Assembly: GCA_946965045.2 (NCBI GenBank)
Contig: OX337229.1
Span: 4,402,001 to 4,466,000, forward strand
Source of the DNA: Epithemia pelagica
Lineage: Eukaryota > Protista > Bacillariophyta
Direction: 5' to 3'
Length of the DNA: 64,000 nucleotides
A model generated the notes under the pieces. The model was not told the origin of the DNA and did not search any database. It saw nothing but the letters and a program-made list of their open reading frames with translations. The translations under genes were made by a program, and so were the position numbers. Numbering within the stretch: position 1 is the first letter of the stretch; each line of letters begins with the position of its first letter. Positions 1-10,194 of the stretch are shown here, piece after piece.

Positions 1-514
1 CACCCATAGAAACCAAAAGGATGTCGCTCGAACCATTCTTGTTTCTCGTTCCGTCTCTCCTTCAGTTGCTGCTGCTGCGGCTGTGCTGTTGGTGTGGTTG
101 ATGGGTGTCACCGTGTTCTTCGGTCTCTCTCCTCTCTGCGTGGTTTTGGGGCCAAAGTACGTGGTTTCGATGGGTAGTAATGTGTGGTTGAGCGAGAGAC
201 TTCCAGACGTCACGTATATTTTATGCGACCCTTATCGTTACGTATAAAATGGGCGACCGATTCCGATGCCTCAGCGCGACCAGCGCATTCGCGTCAAACA
301 CACGACCGAGTAATCGACATTCATTGTTGATCTCTTGTCCCTGTCATCTCTTCCCTTTCATTCTTTTCTTTTGATTCACAAAAAGAAATCACTTTACGTC
401 GTGGATGAATCGGATTTTATTGAGGGCCGAATTCACTTGACAGCAGAGACAAAGAGAAAGAGCCTCACACACCAACCTCTCATTCTTTGTTGTGCCATCC
501 TACCTTAGACGAAC

Positions 515-1678
515 ATGTCCACCCAACTCGAATTGCCAGAACTGTCGACGACGAATGGATTGCGCCGACGAGCTCGTCGTGCTGCCAATCCCACCACCAC
601 TACCACCACTGCGACTCAAAACGAGGGGGAGGATGATGGGATTCCCTTGCCTCCGCAATATGCGGCTGGGTTGCGGGTCCCTCACTTGTGGAAGCATGCT
701 CAACAAACGGGCCGACTTTATGTTCTCCATGTCCCCTTGTATTTTGAACATTTGCTGCCGCAACGTGTTCAAATTTGGCTGTTGCAACAATTGAAAATTC
801 AAGAGCAGCAACCATCTTCTTCCAGTCATGGTCGTCGTTCCTGGACCATGATACTGCGCTCGTTTCTTTTATGGTGTTTGTCGGGATGGTTGTTGCCACA
901 CTGGACGTGTCGATTGGTCCTGGTGGTGGGACGCTATCTCTATCAATTTCCCGCTACAGCATCACACGACACTCTCAATGATGACAACCACAACCACAAG
1001 AAGTCGTTGTCGCCACCCCCGGTCGCACGTCCCATTCCTCTGGAGGCCATTCAATTGGCCCTGGTGCCCTTGGTATCCCTCCAGGACCGATTGTTGACCA
1101 CCACTGCACGAACAGCGACCACCGTTGCTTCGACCAGTACGACAAGCGTTCCCGTGGTGTCGTCGTCAGCATCCAACGATCACCACCACCAACCGGAACT
1201 GTACGAAACCACAACACCCCTGTCGACGTCGTTCTTGGGTCTGGATGCGTCCGTGGTGGCATGGATGCCTCCACCCACATCCATGGCCCATCAAGTGTTG
1301 GCCGTGTCCACGACCTTGACGGAAACCACGTATTTTGCAATGGCCGAACGGACAGCGGATTCGCCAGCAATGCCAGATGACAATACCCATGACGATGAGG
1401 AGGACGAAATCCACGTGTGGTTCCACGCCTTACACCAAGCGCGTGGGGATGCTTGGAAACGAAGCATGGGACATGCTCCTACCGATTCCTATCCACCAGC
1501 CTGGCAAACCTTGGATCGTCTGGGAGACTTGTTGCTGCAAACCCATGACAGATTCGAGGGGACTAGTACGGACAACATCCACCTCCATCCCAACAGTCGT
1601 AGTTCGACTGATTTGGATCCAGCCAGGATGATGTATTCGTCCTCGTCGGCCATGGGAGGAGGAGGATACTTTGGATAA
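515..1678 (+). CDS. Hypothetical protein (387 aa), possible membrane segment
   Basis: Long ATG-initiated ORF with T/S/D-rich low-complexity tracts and one hydrophobic stretch (ILRSFLLWCLSGWLL). No family recognised. Confidence 0.6.
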   Translation: MSTQLELPELSTTNGLRRRARRAANPTTTTTTATQNEGEDDGIPLPPQYAAGLRVPHLWKHAQQTGRLYVLHVPLYFEHLLPQRVQIWLLQQLKIQEQQPSSSSHGRRSWTMILRSFLLWCLSGWLLPHWTCRLVLVVGRYLYQFPATASHDTLNDDNHNHKKSLSPPPVARPIPLEAIQLALVPLVSLQDRLLTTTARTATTVASTSTTSVPVVSSSASNDHHHQPELYETTTPLSTSFLGLDASVVAWMPPPTSMAHQVLAVSTTLTETTYFAMAERTADSPAMPDDNTHDDEEDEIHVWFHALHQARGDAWKRSMGHAPTDSYPPAWQTLDRLGDLLLQTHDRFEGTSTDNIHLHPNSRSSTDLDPARMMYSSSSAMGGGGYFG

Positions 1679-2280
1679 CAGAAGAACAAGACGAAGAAGC
1701 AAGACCTTTTTGATTCCAGATATGATCTAGCACAGATACACATCATGGTACGCCTTTGGCGTTTGGCATGTACAGGAATACATACACCTTTATCTATAGA
1801 GACATGATTCTACCAATACTATGTCATTCTTTGTTGGAAAAGCGAACCAAAGGTCGTTATTGGGAGTAGTCGAGTAAATTGTGGGTAGTTTTCTGCCACT
1901 GTTCCCTCTTGTCGGCTCTTTCATATTATTTACATTCCCAAGCTTTCAGGTAAAGTGATAACGTTCCTCCTTCTTTTCATCATGGTGGTTTGGGCGGGTC
2001 CCTATATCGTCGTCGTCGTCGCTTTCGGATGGTGTCGATCCGAGTGGACCATCACACTACTACCCAGTGTCTGGTTGAAACTATGAAAGACATTTCTTTT
2101 AATCTGTAATTGGCATGTGTGGTTCAGTCGCGGAAAAGGAGCGCGGAGTTGTGAATGACGTAACCCTCGCCAACCTGCCATCCATCACAATCACATCCGA
2201 TAGCGAAACAAGAAAGATCCCATTGCTACGGTACCATCATTCTGTGTTGCTCAATTGACATTACCAAACACCATTACACA

Positions 2281-3517
2281 ATGATGAATCCCTTGTTCTT
2301 GAGTGCCCTATTCCTGTCCACATGCACTGCTTTTGTGCCATCCTCTAGTACGTGTGATGACCACACATAATTGCTGCTTGTCCACCTTGTCCAGGACGGT
2401 GAACGACCATGGAGTTCGAACACGACGATCGCCCTTTTCGAGAGTACGACCTTTTGTTCTTTGGTTCCTAATGCCATGGTATTATTGCTATATCTTTTGT
2501 ACAGGCGTCGGCAAATCGAGTTTTGTGCAAGAACGACCAACCTACAATGTGGCGGCATCTCCCTCGTCGAGAACACAATTGTCCATGTCCACGTCGACAA
2601 TTGATTTGAAAGGCAAAGTGGCCTTTGTAGCAGGTGTTGCCGACTCGACTGGATATGGTTGGGCTATTGCCAAAGCCTTGGCCAACGCCGGTGCTACCAT
2701 TATCGTTGGTACATGGCCACCCGTCCTCAAGATTTTTCAAGGGTCACTCAACAAGGGCGCGTTTGAAGAAGATTCCAAATTGTCGGATGGATCTTCCATG
2801 ACCATTGAAAAAGTCTATCCTCTTGATGCCGTTTTCGATACTCCTGAAGATGTCCCAGAAGAGATTAAGACAAACAAACGATATGCCGGTTTGGACGGAT
2901 TTACCATTAGTGAAGTAGCCAAGGCTGTGGAAGCCGATTATGGCAAGATTGATATCCTTGTCCATTCCCTTGCCAATGGACCAGAAGTGACCAAGCCCTT
3001 GTTGGAAACTTCCCGAAAGGGTTATTTGGCTGCCTCCTCCGCCTCGGCCTATTCCGCCGTGTCCTTGTTGCAACACTTTGGACCCGTCATGAACGAAGGT
3101 GGATCCATGGTCTCCCTCACCTACATTGCCTCCGAAAAGGTCATTCCCGGATACGGTGGTGGCATGTCTTCGGCCAAGGCTCAATTGGAAAGTGACACCC
3201 GTACCTTGGCCTACGAAGCCGGTCGCAAATGGGGCATTCGGGTCAACACCATTTCGGCCGGTCCCCTCAAATCCCGAGCCGCCTCCGCCATTGGAAAGGA
3301 ACCGGGTCAAAAAACCTTTATCGAATATGCCATTGACTATTCCAAAGCCAATGCGCCCTTGGCACAAGATTTGTACAGTGACGATGTCGGTAATGCCAGT
3401 TTGTTTTTGAACAGTCCCATGGCACGTACCGTGACCGGTATTACTCTCTACGTGGACAATGGTTTGCATTCCATGGGAATGGCACTCGACAGTATGGCCA
3501 TGCAGCCTGAAGCATGA
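2281..3517 (+). CDS. fabI: Plastid enoyl-ACP reductase (FabI/ENR), 2 exons: 2281-2347, 2505-3517
   Basis: Motifs [45 protein letters not shown] and [13 protein letters not shown]. The upstream exon [22 protein letters not shown] is a signal peptide plus ASAFAP-like site. It joins in frame through a GTACGT...TACAG intron at 2348-2504. Confidence 0.95.
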
Positions 3518-3862
3518 GCTCATAGATAGAGACACTAAAGGATGTACCCAAAACATTGATGAAAGACGACGTGGAAATTCCACGTGAAAAAACTTGTCAT
3601 CGCGCATCCTTTAAAGGGAAAAGAGAAACAAAATACAGACAAAGGTTAATGGAAATAGAACGCACAGCCACATCCTACATATACGTTTTCGCACGTCCTC
3701 AAAATAGGTACTCCTAGTATATATGGCTCCAGCTAGGCTATCATACCAAACGACAAGTCCGGAAACTTGTCAAAGGACCTTTTCCCCAGAAACAACCTTG
3801 TATCTATACTTGATGACAGTGCTAGTTGTGCTTTTCTCTCGACACAACGGTTTGTTGAAACT

Positions 3863-6174
3863 CTACCGTTTCTTCATCACCTTGGGAATGGCGGCGCTCA
3901 CCAAGATTTTTTCGGCAACACCCACAGCACCCATGGTTTTGAAAAACACGTCCCGAAACTTGGCATACAAACCATCCGTTCCTCCCGTTTCCAAATAGCC
4001 CAAAAACAAGGATTTCCAAAAGATATCAATTGTGGCGCGCCATCGAATGGTTTCGTATTGTTTCAAATACCACGACAAGTCGTGAGTCTCCTCGTCCTCC
4101 TGCTTGTCCACTGTTTGCGCTGACGGTTGGTTTTGTTGTTCCTGGTAAACTCGGGCATTGTATTGGTACAATTGAGTGGCCAAACAATAGGCATCTTGAA
4201 TGGCTTGATTGGAACCTTGTCCCAAAAAGGGAGGAAGGGCATGGGCGGCATCTCCCAACAATACGACATGCGCTGCTGCCGATTTTGGGGAAGTTTTGGA
4301 TCGCAGAACCGTATGCCATCCTTGTAAACTCAGAGGATTGTGAAAATACACTCCCAAGGAAAAGATGCGATTGGCCTTATCCATGGTTGGTCCAACTTGT
4401 ACCATGGGAATTCCCGCCGCCTTGGCCGTGGCCAATAGGACAGCCCGTTCTTCTTCCAAGGAATTTTCTCGTGTTTGTGTCCAATCGGCATTTTCGTCAT
4501 CCATCTTCTTGTTGTTGCTGTTCTGATCGCTGTTGTTGGTGCCGTCAAAGACACGCAAGAGAGGAGAGTCGGCATAGTCGTTTCGATTGAGCTTGTTCTG
4601 GTTGCTAGGTTTGGAGGATTGTTCGGTCTTCTTCCGGAAGGGGCCAATGTAATCAGGATCGAGATAGACCAAAAAGGCGGATCGCGTAACAGGTCGATTG
4701 GGTCCAGCACCATAGGTCCCGTCCAAGGCAAAGGCTCCATTGCCAAAATATTGTGTCAAGGTGGCGGTCGTACCCTTCTTGGTTTCATTTTCGTCGGCGT
4801 CTTGGTCGTGAATGGCATATTTGACCCGAATCCCAGAATAGACGGCGGATCCACCACTTGCACCTCGATTCTTGGAAATGCTTCCAGTTTCAATCAATTC
4901 CTTACAGACCGATTTTACTCCATCGCATCCAATCACTACACATCCATAGATGCGACAAAAGACAGAGAGGAAGAGAGGATCATTGTAAATGAACAGAGTT
5001 GAGAGAAATGTCCTAGAAACAATGCAAACCAAAGCGCTCACAAAGCACCATACGGATAAGCGAAGCAGGTACAAGACTTGCCTAAATCAAAGGGTCCAGC
5101 GGATGTGCCATCGGCAAACACGAGCATGGCACCTCCTTTCCCTTTATGGTCCGATATGGTATCGTCCGTTGTATCCTCCACGTAGTACATATCCACCAAT
5201 CGTTTACCTAAATGCACGTTTTCCTTCACAAACGAGTCGGGTAGGGTATCGAGCAAGGCCTGTTGTAAGGCTCCTCGCATAATGGCCGTCCACAACAGGG
5301 GTCCTTCTTGGTTGGATGAGGAACTGGCCGTTGTACCGTCCCCTCGTAAGAATAAGGTATCCGCTGCTCCTTGTCGTTGGACGGCTTGCTTCAAATCCAA
5401 TTGAAAGAGAGCATCAAAGTCTCCTCGTCGGGTCCAGGATTGGGTCCGACTTTGGACTGCCACTTGAGGCACTCCGGCGTCTTGGACAGCTCGTTGAACA
5501 CGAGGATTAATGTTCCCCAAGACGGCCAATCCCCCATTTAATTGAACACCCGCACCCGCGCCCGTTGTTTCTATGGTCGATCGAGCATCAAAGACGGAGA
5601 CGTTTTGTGGATCAAATAGATTGGAGGTGGTAGAATAGCGTTGTTGCAAACCCGGTGCGTCCACCAAACAATGTGCCATGGACAAACCGGCAATACCTGC
5701 ACCCACAATGGCAACCCGTTCAATGAAAGATGGATCGGTATCGTCCTTTGATCCATACAAACGATGGAATGGTCGTTGATCAGGGCGTGAGAAGAATGGC
5801 GGCGCTGGTGGTTGCCTGGAAGCAAACTTGGACCGATGAGCGGCTCTTGTAGTCGTTGTGGTGGTCCAAGCCTCAACCATCCACGGTTTGGCAAGTAGAT
5901 TGAAGTCAGTCTTCCATCCACTATACCTGGACGACAATGGCGACCAACACTTCGAGCAGAGCACGAGGAAAAAGCACCACGATTGCACTACGGCGGTATG
6001 AAACCTTCGTGTTCTTCTCGTCTTCGTGCGAGATGACAGCCCGCCGTGGCTCTCGGATAACAACGACAGTGTCCGCTTCTTTGTCATGATTGAGTGGAAT
6101 GTTTCTGGAGGTATCTCAAGCTTCTCTGTCATGGTGGATCGTTTGGCTTTGTGCGCTATGTGGATCTTTTTCAT
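3863..6174 (-). CDS. FAD-dependent monooxygenase (salicylate hydroxylase/zeaxanthin-epoxidase-like family), exons 6174-5082 and 4935-3863; true start uncertain
   Basis: Rossmann motif VAIVGAGIAGLS. The DG motif (GPFDLVIGCDG) is restored by splicing a GC-AG intron at 5081-4936. GD motif VVLLGDAAHALPPFLGQGSNQAIQDA. Confidence 0.85.
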
Positions 6175-6736
6175 TCACGAGCATCCATCGACTTGGCTAG
6201 GCTCTCTACCCTAGTAGGAGTCGTCCCTTGTTCCTCTATGGACACACAACAAGCTCGAGCATCTATTAAGTTTTCCAAGGAGTAGTCCTCTAGTAGGACT
6301 CCACGAAAGAACTCCACAGAAAGCAAACAGCTCGATGAGAGGGCTACCTCACAGGTGAATGACGGCAACGATGGGCCATTTACCGACCTTCCTAGCTGGG
6401 AAGATAGATTCACTGTCCTGGTTTTTCTCAACAAAAAGAATAGGCACTTGTTGCATCAACGGCGCTCTGGCCTTGGCCAGTGGCAAGAAAGGACAGTCTC
6501 ATGGTTGGTGTTTTACTAGCCTAGAAGAGAGGGTTCTTGTTGTTAGCTTTGTCCGGACTTTTCGGCTATTCAGAGACGATGTTCCCCCCGAGTCAAAGAC
6601 TCGGATCGTTTGTTCGAATACTTTGGTTGTTTTGCTCGTCTCATTCCATCGTCTTTCTACGACAACCAAATACATTTCAAATTCTTACTCGTCTAATCTT
6701 CCCTAGTACTAACTCTTACACATTTTGTATTCTTCT

Positions 6737-7276
6737 CTAAAGTTCCGTTCCATCGTGCGCTTCTTCATTGTTGGCCTGTAGTACGGCATTTATGAATTCC
6801 GAGCGCTCTTTTGTGGCCACTCCATCCTCGGTATAGAATCTGCCAATCAGGTATCCCACTTGAGGATACTTGTCGGGTTTGTCCTCGTAAAAGGACAACC
6901 AATGTTTCAATTCCTTGAGTTGATGAGGTTCCAAAACACGCCAGGATTTTGCCGCCTCCTCTTCGGTAAAGACCCCTGTCACATAGGGAACAGGAGCATC
7001 ACGACCGGAAAAAACATGATAGGGACCACCCGGACCATAAAAAGTTTTGCCCTCTGTAACATCATAGATATTACCAGCCATGGAGAGCCATATCTTGTCG
7101 GAATCGACACCATTTGCTACCTTTAATTCGTCCGCTGTAATCATGACACGGTCGGATTGAGCCCGTGCCAACATTGTTGCTGTTGGCGCGAAAAAGGGGG
7201 ACCAACTCATGCATGTCATCCAAAGTATCAACAGTACCAATATGCTTGGGTTTCTTGCTTGGAATCTTGGGTTCAT
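6737..7276 (-). CDS. Cytochrome b5-like heme/steroid-binding protein (MAPR: neudesin/neuferricin-like), secreted
   Basis: N-terminal hydrophobic signal; motif IWLSMAGNIYDVTEGKTFYGPGGPYHVFSGRDA typical of MAPR proteins. Confidence 0.85.
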   Translation of the reverse strand: MNPRFQARNPSILVLLILWMTCMSWSPFFAPTATMLARAQSDRVMITADELKVANGVDSDKIWLSMAGNIYDVTEGKTFYGPGGPYHVFSGRDAPVPYVTGVFTEEEAAKSWRVLEPHQLKELKHWLSFYEDKPDKYPQVGYLIGRFYTEDGVATKERSEFINAVLQANNEEAHDGTEL

Positions 7277-7687
7277 GATTTTACACGTTCGTTGTGTTCA
7301 CGCAACTGGAGAGAGAGAGATCTTTGGGCAAGTTTGTCTTTGGTTTTCGTTGAAACAAATTGTCGTAAGCAAACAAAGTGTGCAACTGCTCAGTAATTCG
7401 TTTGTTTCTTGAGCAGGGTCTGTTTACCACCATGCGGAAACAAAAAGATCGTTCCTGCGCATCTTTTGTCCAAAAAATGATCCACGACCCTCAATGCGAC
7501 TACGGTCGCTTAAACTTGGGGAGCATAGCGCGGGTAGTCTCTAGTAGATTCCTCCAGTTATCGGTTGTTTTGAAAAGAGCCACCCACATAACCTACTCGT
7601 ATTCAAGAGACCAAACAAAAGGGGTGAAAAAAGGAGTAGAGGCAACCTGACTAATTTGGCAGCCTGACTAAATTTGGTGGGCGGAAT

Positions 7688-7861
7688 TGAATAAATCCCG
7701 CCAACAGGTCGCATATTGGCGGATACATGGTCGCATATTGGCGAACATGCATCGCCTACATATGCTGCTACGCATCTAGTTTTCTAGTCATAATTTTGGT
7801 CTAGCCACTTGTTGCACGCCGTATACACCGTGTTGTAGCGTGTAGTGGCAGGATTTATACA
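7688..7861 (+). repeat. 5' LTR of outer Copia (174 bp)
   Basis: TGAATAAATCC...GGATTTATACA, imperfect inverted ends. Identical by eye to 22994-23167. Internal 15-bp direct repeat GGTCGCATATTGGCG x2. Confidence 0.97.
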
Positions 7862-7875
7862 GTTTATCAGACCCA
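7862..7875 (+). other. Primer-binding site of outer Copia (anticodon-arm type)
   Basis: GTTTATCAGACCCA directly after the LTR; its complement reads TGGGT-CT-GAT-AA-AC, shaped like a tRNA anticodon stem-loop. Confidence 0.6.
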
Positions 7876-7883
7876 AAATCGCA

Positions 7884-7957
7884 GAGCCGCTGTGGTTTAG
7901 CTGGTAAATGTTTCTTGTTGGCCCGTAATGCCAGGGGTTCGAGTCCCCTCAGACTCA
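7884..7957 (+). ncRNA. tRNA-like / tRNA-derived sequence in the retrotransposon leader (degenerate, not a canonical tRNA)
   Basis: A-box TGGTTTAGCTGG (7893-7904), perfect T-arm AGGGG-TTCGAGT-CCCCT (7933-7949) at tRNA spacing, partial acceptor pairing. The anticodon arm does not pair. Confidence 0.55.
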
Positions 7958-8640
7958 GCTTTAAGTTAAGACTCCCAATTTCTGGGGGCCGCCATATTTG
8001 GGGTGTATGGTACAAGACGTTTCCCCGCTGGTTAAAAGTGCATGTTCTTCTCAAGGGTGGCCGATCAACCCCGGTCTTCGGACTGGGGTTCACCGCCTTG
8101 TACATACGCTATATGCCAATGCACGGGGGAACTGATATGTTTTTTTGTCTAACTCACCAACTATGCTAGCTAAGCTATGCATCATGTGAAACTCCTTGGA
8201 ATCTTGCTCTCTGCCTTTTGCCCGTACTGGCAGCGGCTGATCACCGCTTGGGAGTGTTCGCGCTAAGCTACTCGTCACGGTATGCTTGCGGCACTACTTA
8301 TAGTTCACACTCGTGATGTGTGACCCATGGCACTCTCCCACGTGACGGGGAGCACTCGCTTAAGTGAGCGATTGTTTTGGTAATCTTTTCTCCATACATG
8401 AAAATATGGATACCTCCTTTTGCACTGTGCCGATGCACACGTCATCAGTATTTGTTCTCTGCCGACTGCAGCGCAAACGCAAGTCGACACTACTTGTGCA
8501 CCTTAATTCCAGGTAGAATCGCGAAATCTGCGATCTGCATCACCTTTTGGCAATGCCTCCACACTTCTGTGTTTTTTGCCTGTGTTTTGCTCTGAACCTC
8601 TCCTGCTTCTGGCTCTCTTGCTTTCCTTTTGCCTTCCACC

Positions 8641-10194
8641 ATGTCTTCATCCACTGCCCCTGAAAATCCTAAGGAAGATTTCAAGGCTGCTGTTAAACGC
8701 TGTGGATACAATGATGCCACCGTTATCTACATCATTGAGCAGGGTTTTGATGATGCTCAATCGTTCATGACTGTTGCGGTCCATCAAGTGCCGTCGATGT
8801 TGAAGATGATGGCGAAGACCCCTCCAGAGAACGGGGCCTTTCCCTTCAGTGCTAACCTGCAGCTCCACGGTTTCCGAATGTGGCTCGAATACCGTTCGTC
8901 TCGTGGTCAGGCTCTTAAAGTCTCACTTTTCTCTGATCCGCCCCTGATCAAGAAATGGACCAAACGTACCCAGGAACTGTTTGCACTCAACAAGGAAGTT
9001 GCCTCCGATGAACTGACCCCACCAAAAGAGTTGACTTCGTTTACTCAGTGGGAGGTGTTTAACGATGCCTTGCTCACGTTCCTCGCACAGCATCGCAATC
9101 CTACAACGGGTGTCCCTTTGACATACGTCCTTCGTGAAACTAAGCCTGTTGGTTCTGAAGCAAGGAATGCTGCCTACGATACTATCGATGACGATTTGAT
9201 TGCTACTACTATCCTGCAAGGTGATCAGTATGCCCTTGACAATCAACGCGTCTTCATACTGATGAAAACTTTTCTTGTTGGCGGACCTGGCCTGACGTTC
9301 ATCAAGCCACACCAGAAAAAGAAGGACGGCCGTGAAGCGTATCTTGCGTTGACTCGCCAAGCTACTGGAACAGCAGCTGTCACCATCCGCAAGAAAGAAG
9401 CATACGCTGCTATTGCCGACGCGAAATTTACAGGCCGGGGTCGTTTCTCGTATCAACAATATGTTCACCGCCATCAGAAAGCTCATAATACGTTGGCTGA
9501 ACTTGATGAACCCGTTGCCGAAACCAAAAAGGTAACCGATTTCCTCAAAGGTATATCGGATCCCTCTTTGGCGGCGGGAAAGACGGTCGTCAACGGTGAC
9601 GCAGCAAAGCTTTCTGATTTTGAAGCATGCCAGCAGTATTTTGGCACGTTGATTGCTGCATCCCGTACCGACAAGACCAATGACGAGAATCGAAAGATTG
9701 CTGGTGTGGGTACGACTAAGACTAGTGGAAAGAAGAATGGTCGTAACAAGCAGAATAAAAAGAAGACGCATCATTACAGTTTGGATGAATGGCGCAAGCT
9801 CTCTGATGAAGAGAAGGCCGAAATCCTCCGTGCCCGTAAAGAACAGAAAGACAAAGAACAGAAAGACGCTAATGGAAAGCGCAAGGCCGGAGCCGTGCAA
9901 ACTGAAGATGAAAATGGCTCTTGCAAGTTGAGTAAAACTGAAACTCCAAAGTCTGATGACATGAAATTGGAGACCACTGACCTGGATGGCGACGACGCGC
10001 CGAACCATTCCGAGCCTGATCCTCCTGTTGCTGATGAACCGACTGTTCCCAAAACCTCAGCCGGAAACAGTTTCGGACGCTTTGCCCATAGTAAAAAAGG
10101 ATCTACAAAGCCGCACAACCCTAATGAAACCAAGGAGCCTACAACTGCCGTTGCGAAAGCTGCCCTTGCTGATAAGGCCACAAAGCAGACCTGA
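8641..10194 (+). CDS. gag: Gag of outer Copia (517 aa)
   Basis: CCACC-ATG start; GVPLTYVLR, GRFSYQQYVHRHQKAHNTL and KVTDFLKGI motifs of diatom-type Copia gag; charged C-terminus; ends at TGA 10192-10194. Confidence 0.9.
   Translation: MSSSTAPENPKEDFKAAVKRCGYNDATVIYIIEQGFDDAQSFMTVAVHQVPSMLKMMAKTPPENGAFPFSANLQLHGFRMWLEYRSSRGQALKVSLFSDPPLIKKWTKRTQELFALNKEVASDELTPPKELTSFTQWEVFNDALLTFLAQHRNPTTGVPLTYVLRETKPVGSEARNAAYDTIDDDLIATTILQGDQYALDNQRVFILMKTFLVGGPGLTFIKPHQKKKDGREAYLALTRQATGTAAVTIRKKEAYAAIADAKFTGRGRFSYQQYVHRHQKAHNTLAELDEPVAETKKVTDFLKGISDPSLAAGKTVVNGDAAKLSDFEACQQYFGTLIAASRTDKTNDENRKIAGVGTTKTSGKKNGRNKQNKKKTHHYSLDEWRKLSDEEKAEILRARKEQKDKEQKDANGKRKAGAVQTEDENGSCKLSKTETPKSDDMKLETTDLDGDDAPNHSEPDPPVADEPTVPKTSAGNSFGRFAHSKKGSTKPHNPNETKEPTTAVAKAALADKATKQT

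Noticed and set aside
1-36. Possible minus-strand gene start MVRATSFWFLWV running off the left edge
   Set aside because: Only 12 codons visible; cannot be supported.
2744-3607. 287-aa minus-strand ORF opposite fabI
   Set aside because: Antisense shadow of a conserved, codon-biased gene; no motif.
7884-7957. Functional or UGA-suppressor tRNA gene
   Set aside because: D and anticodon stems do not pair and no TCA anticodon is present; reported only as tRNA-like.
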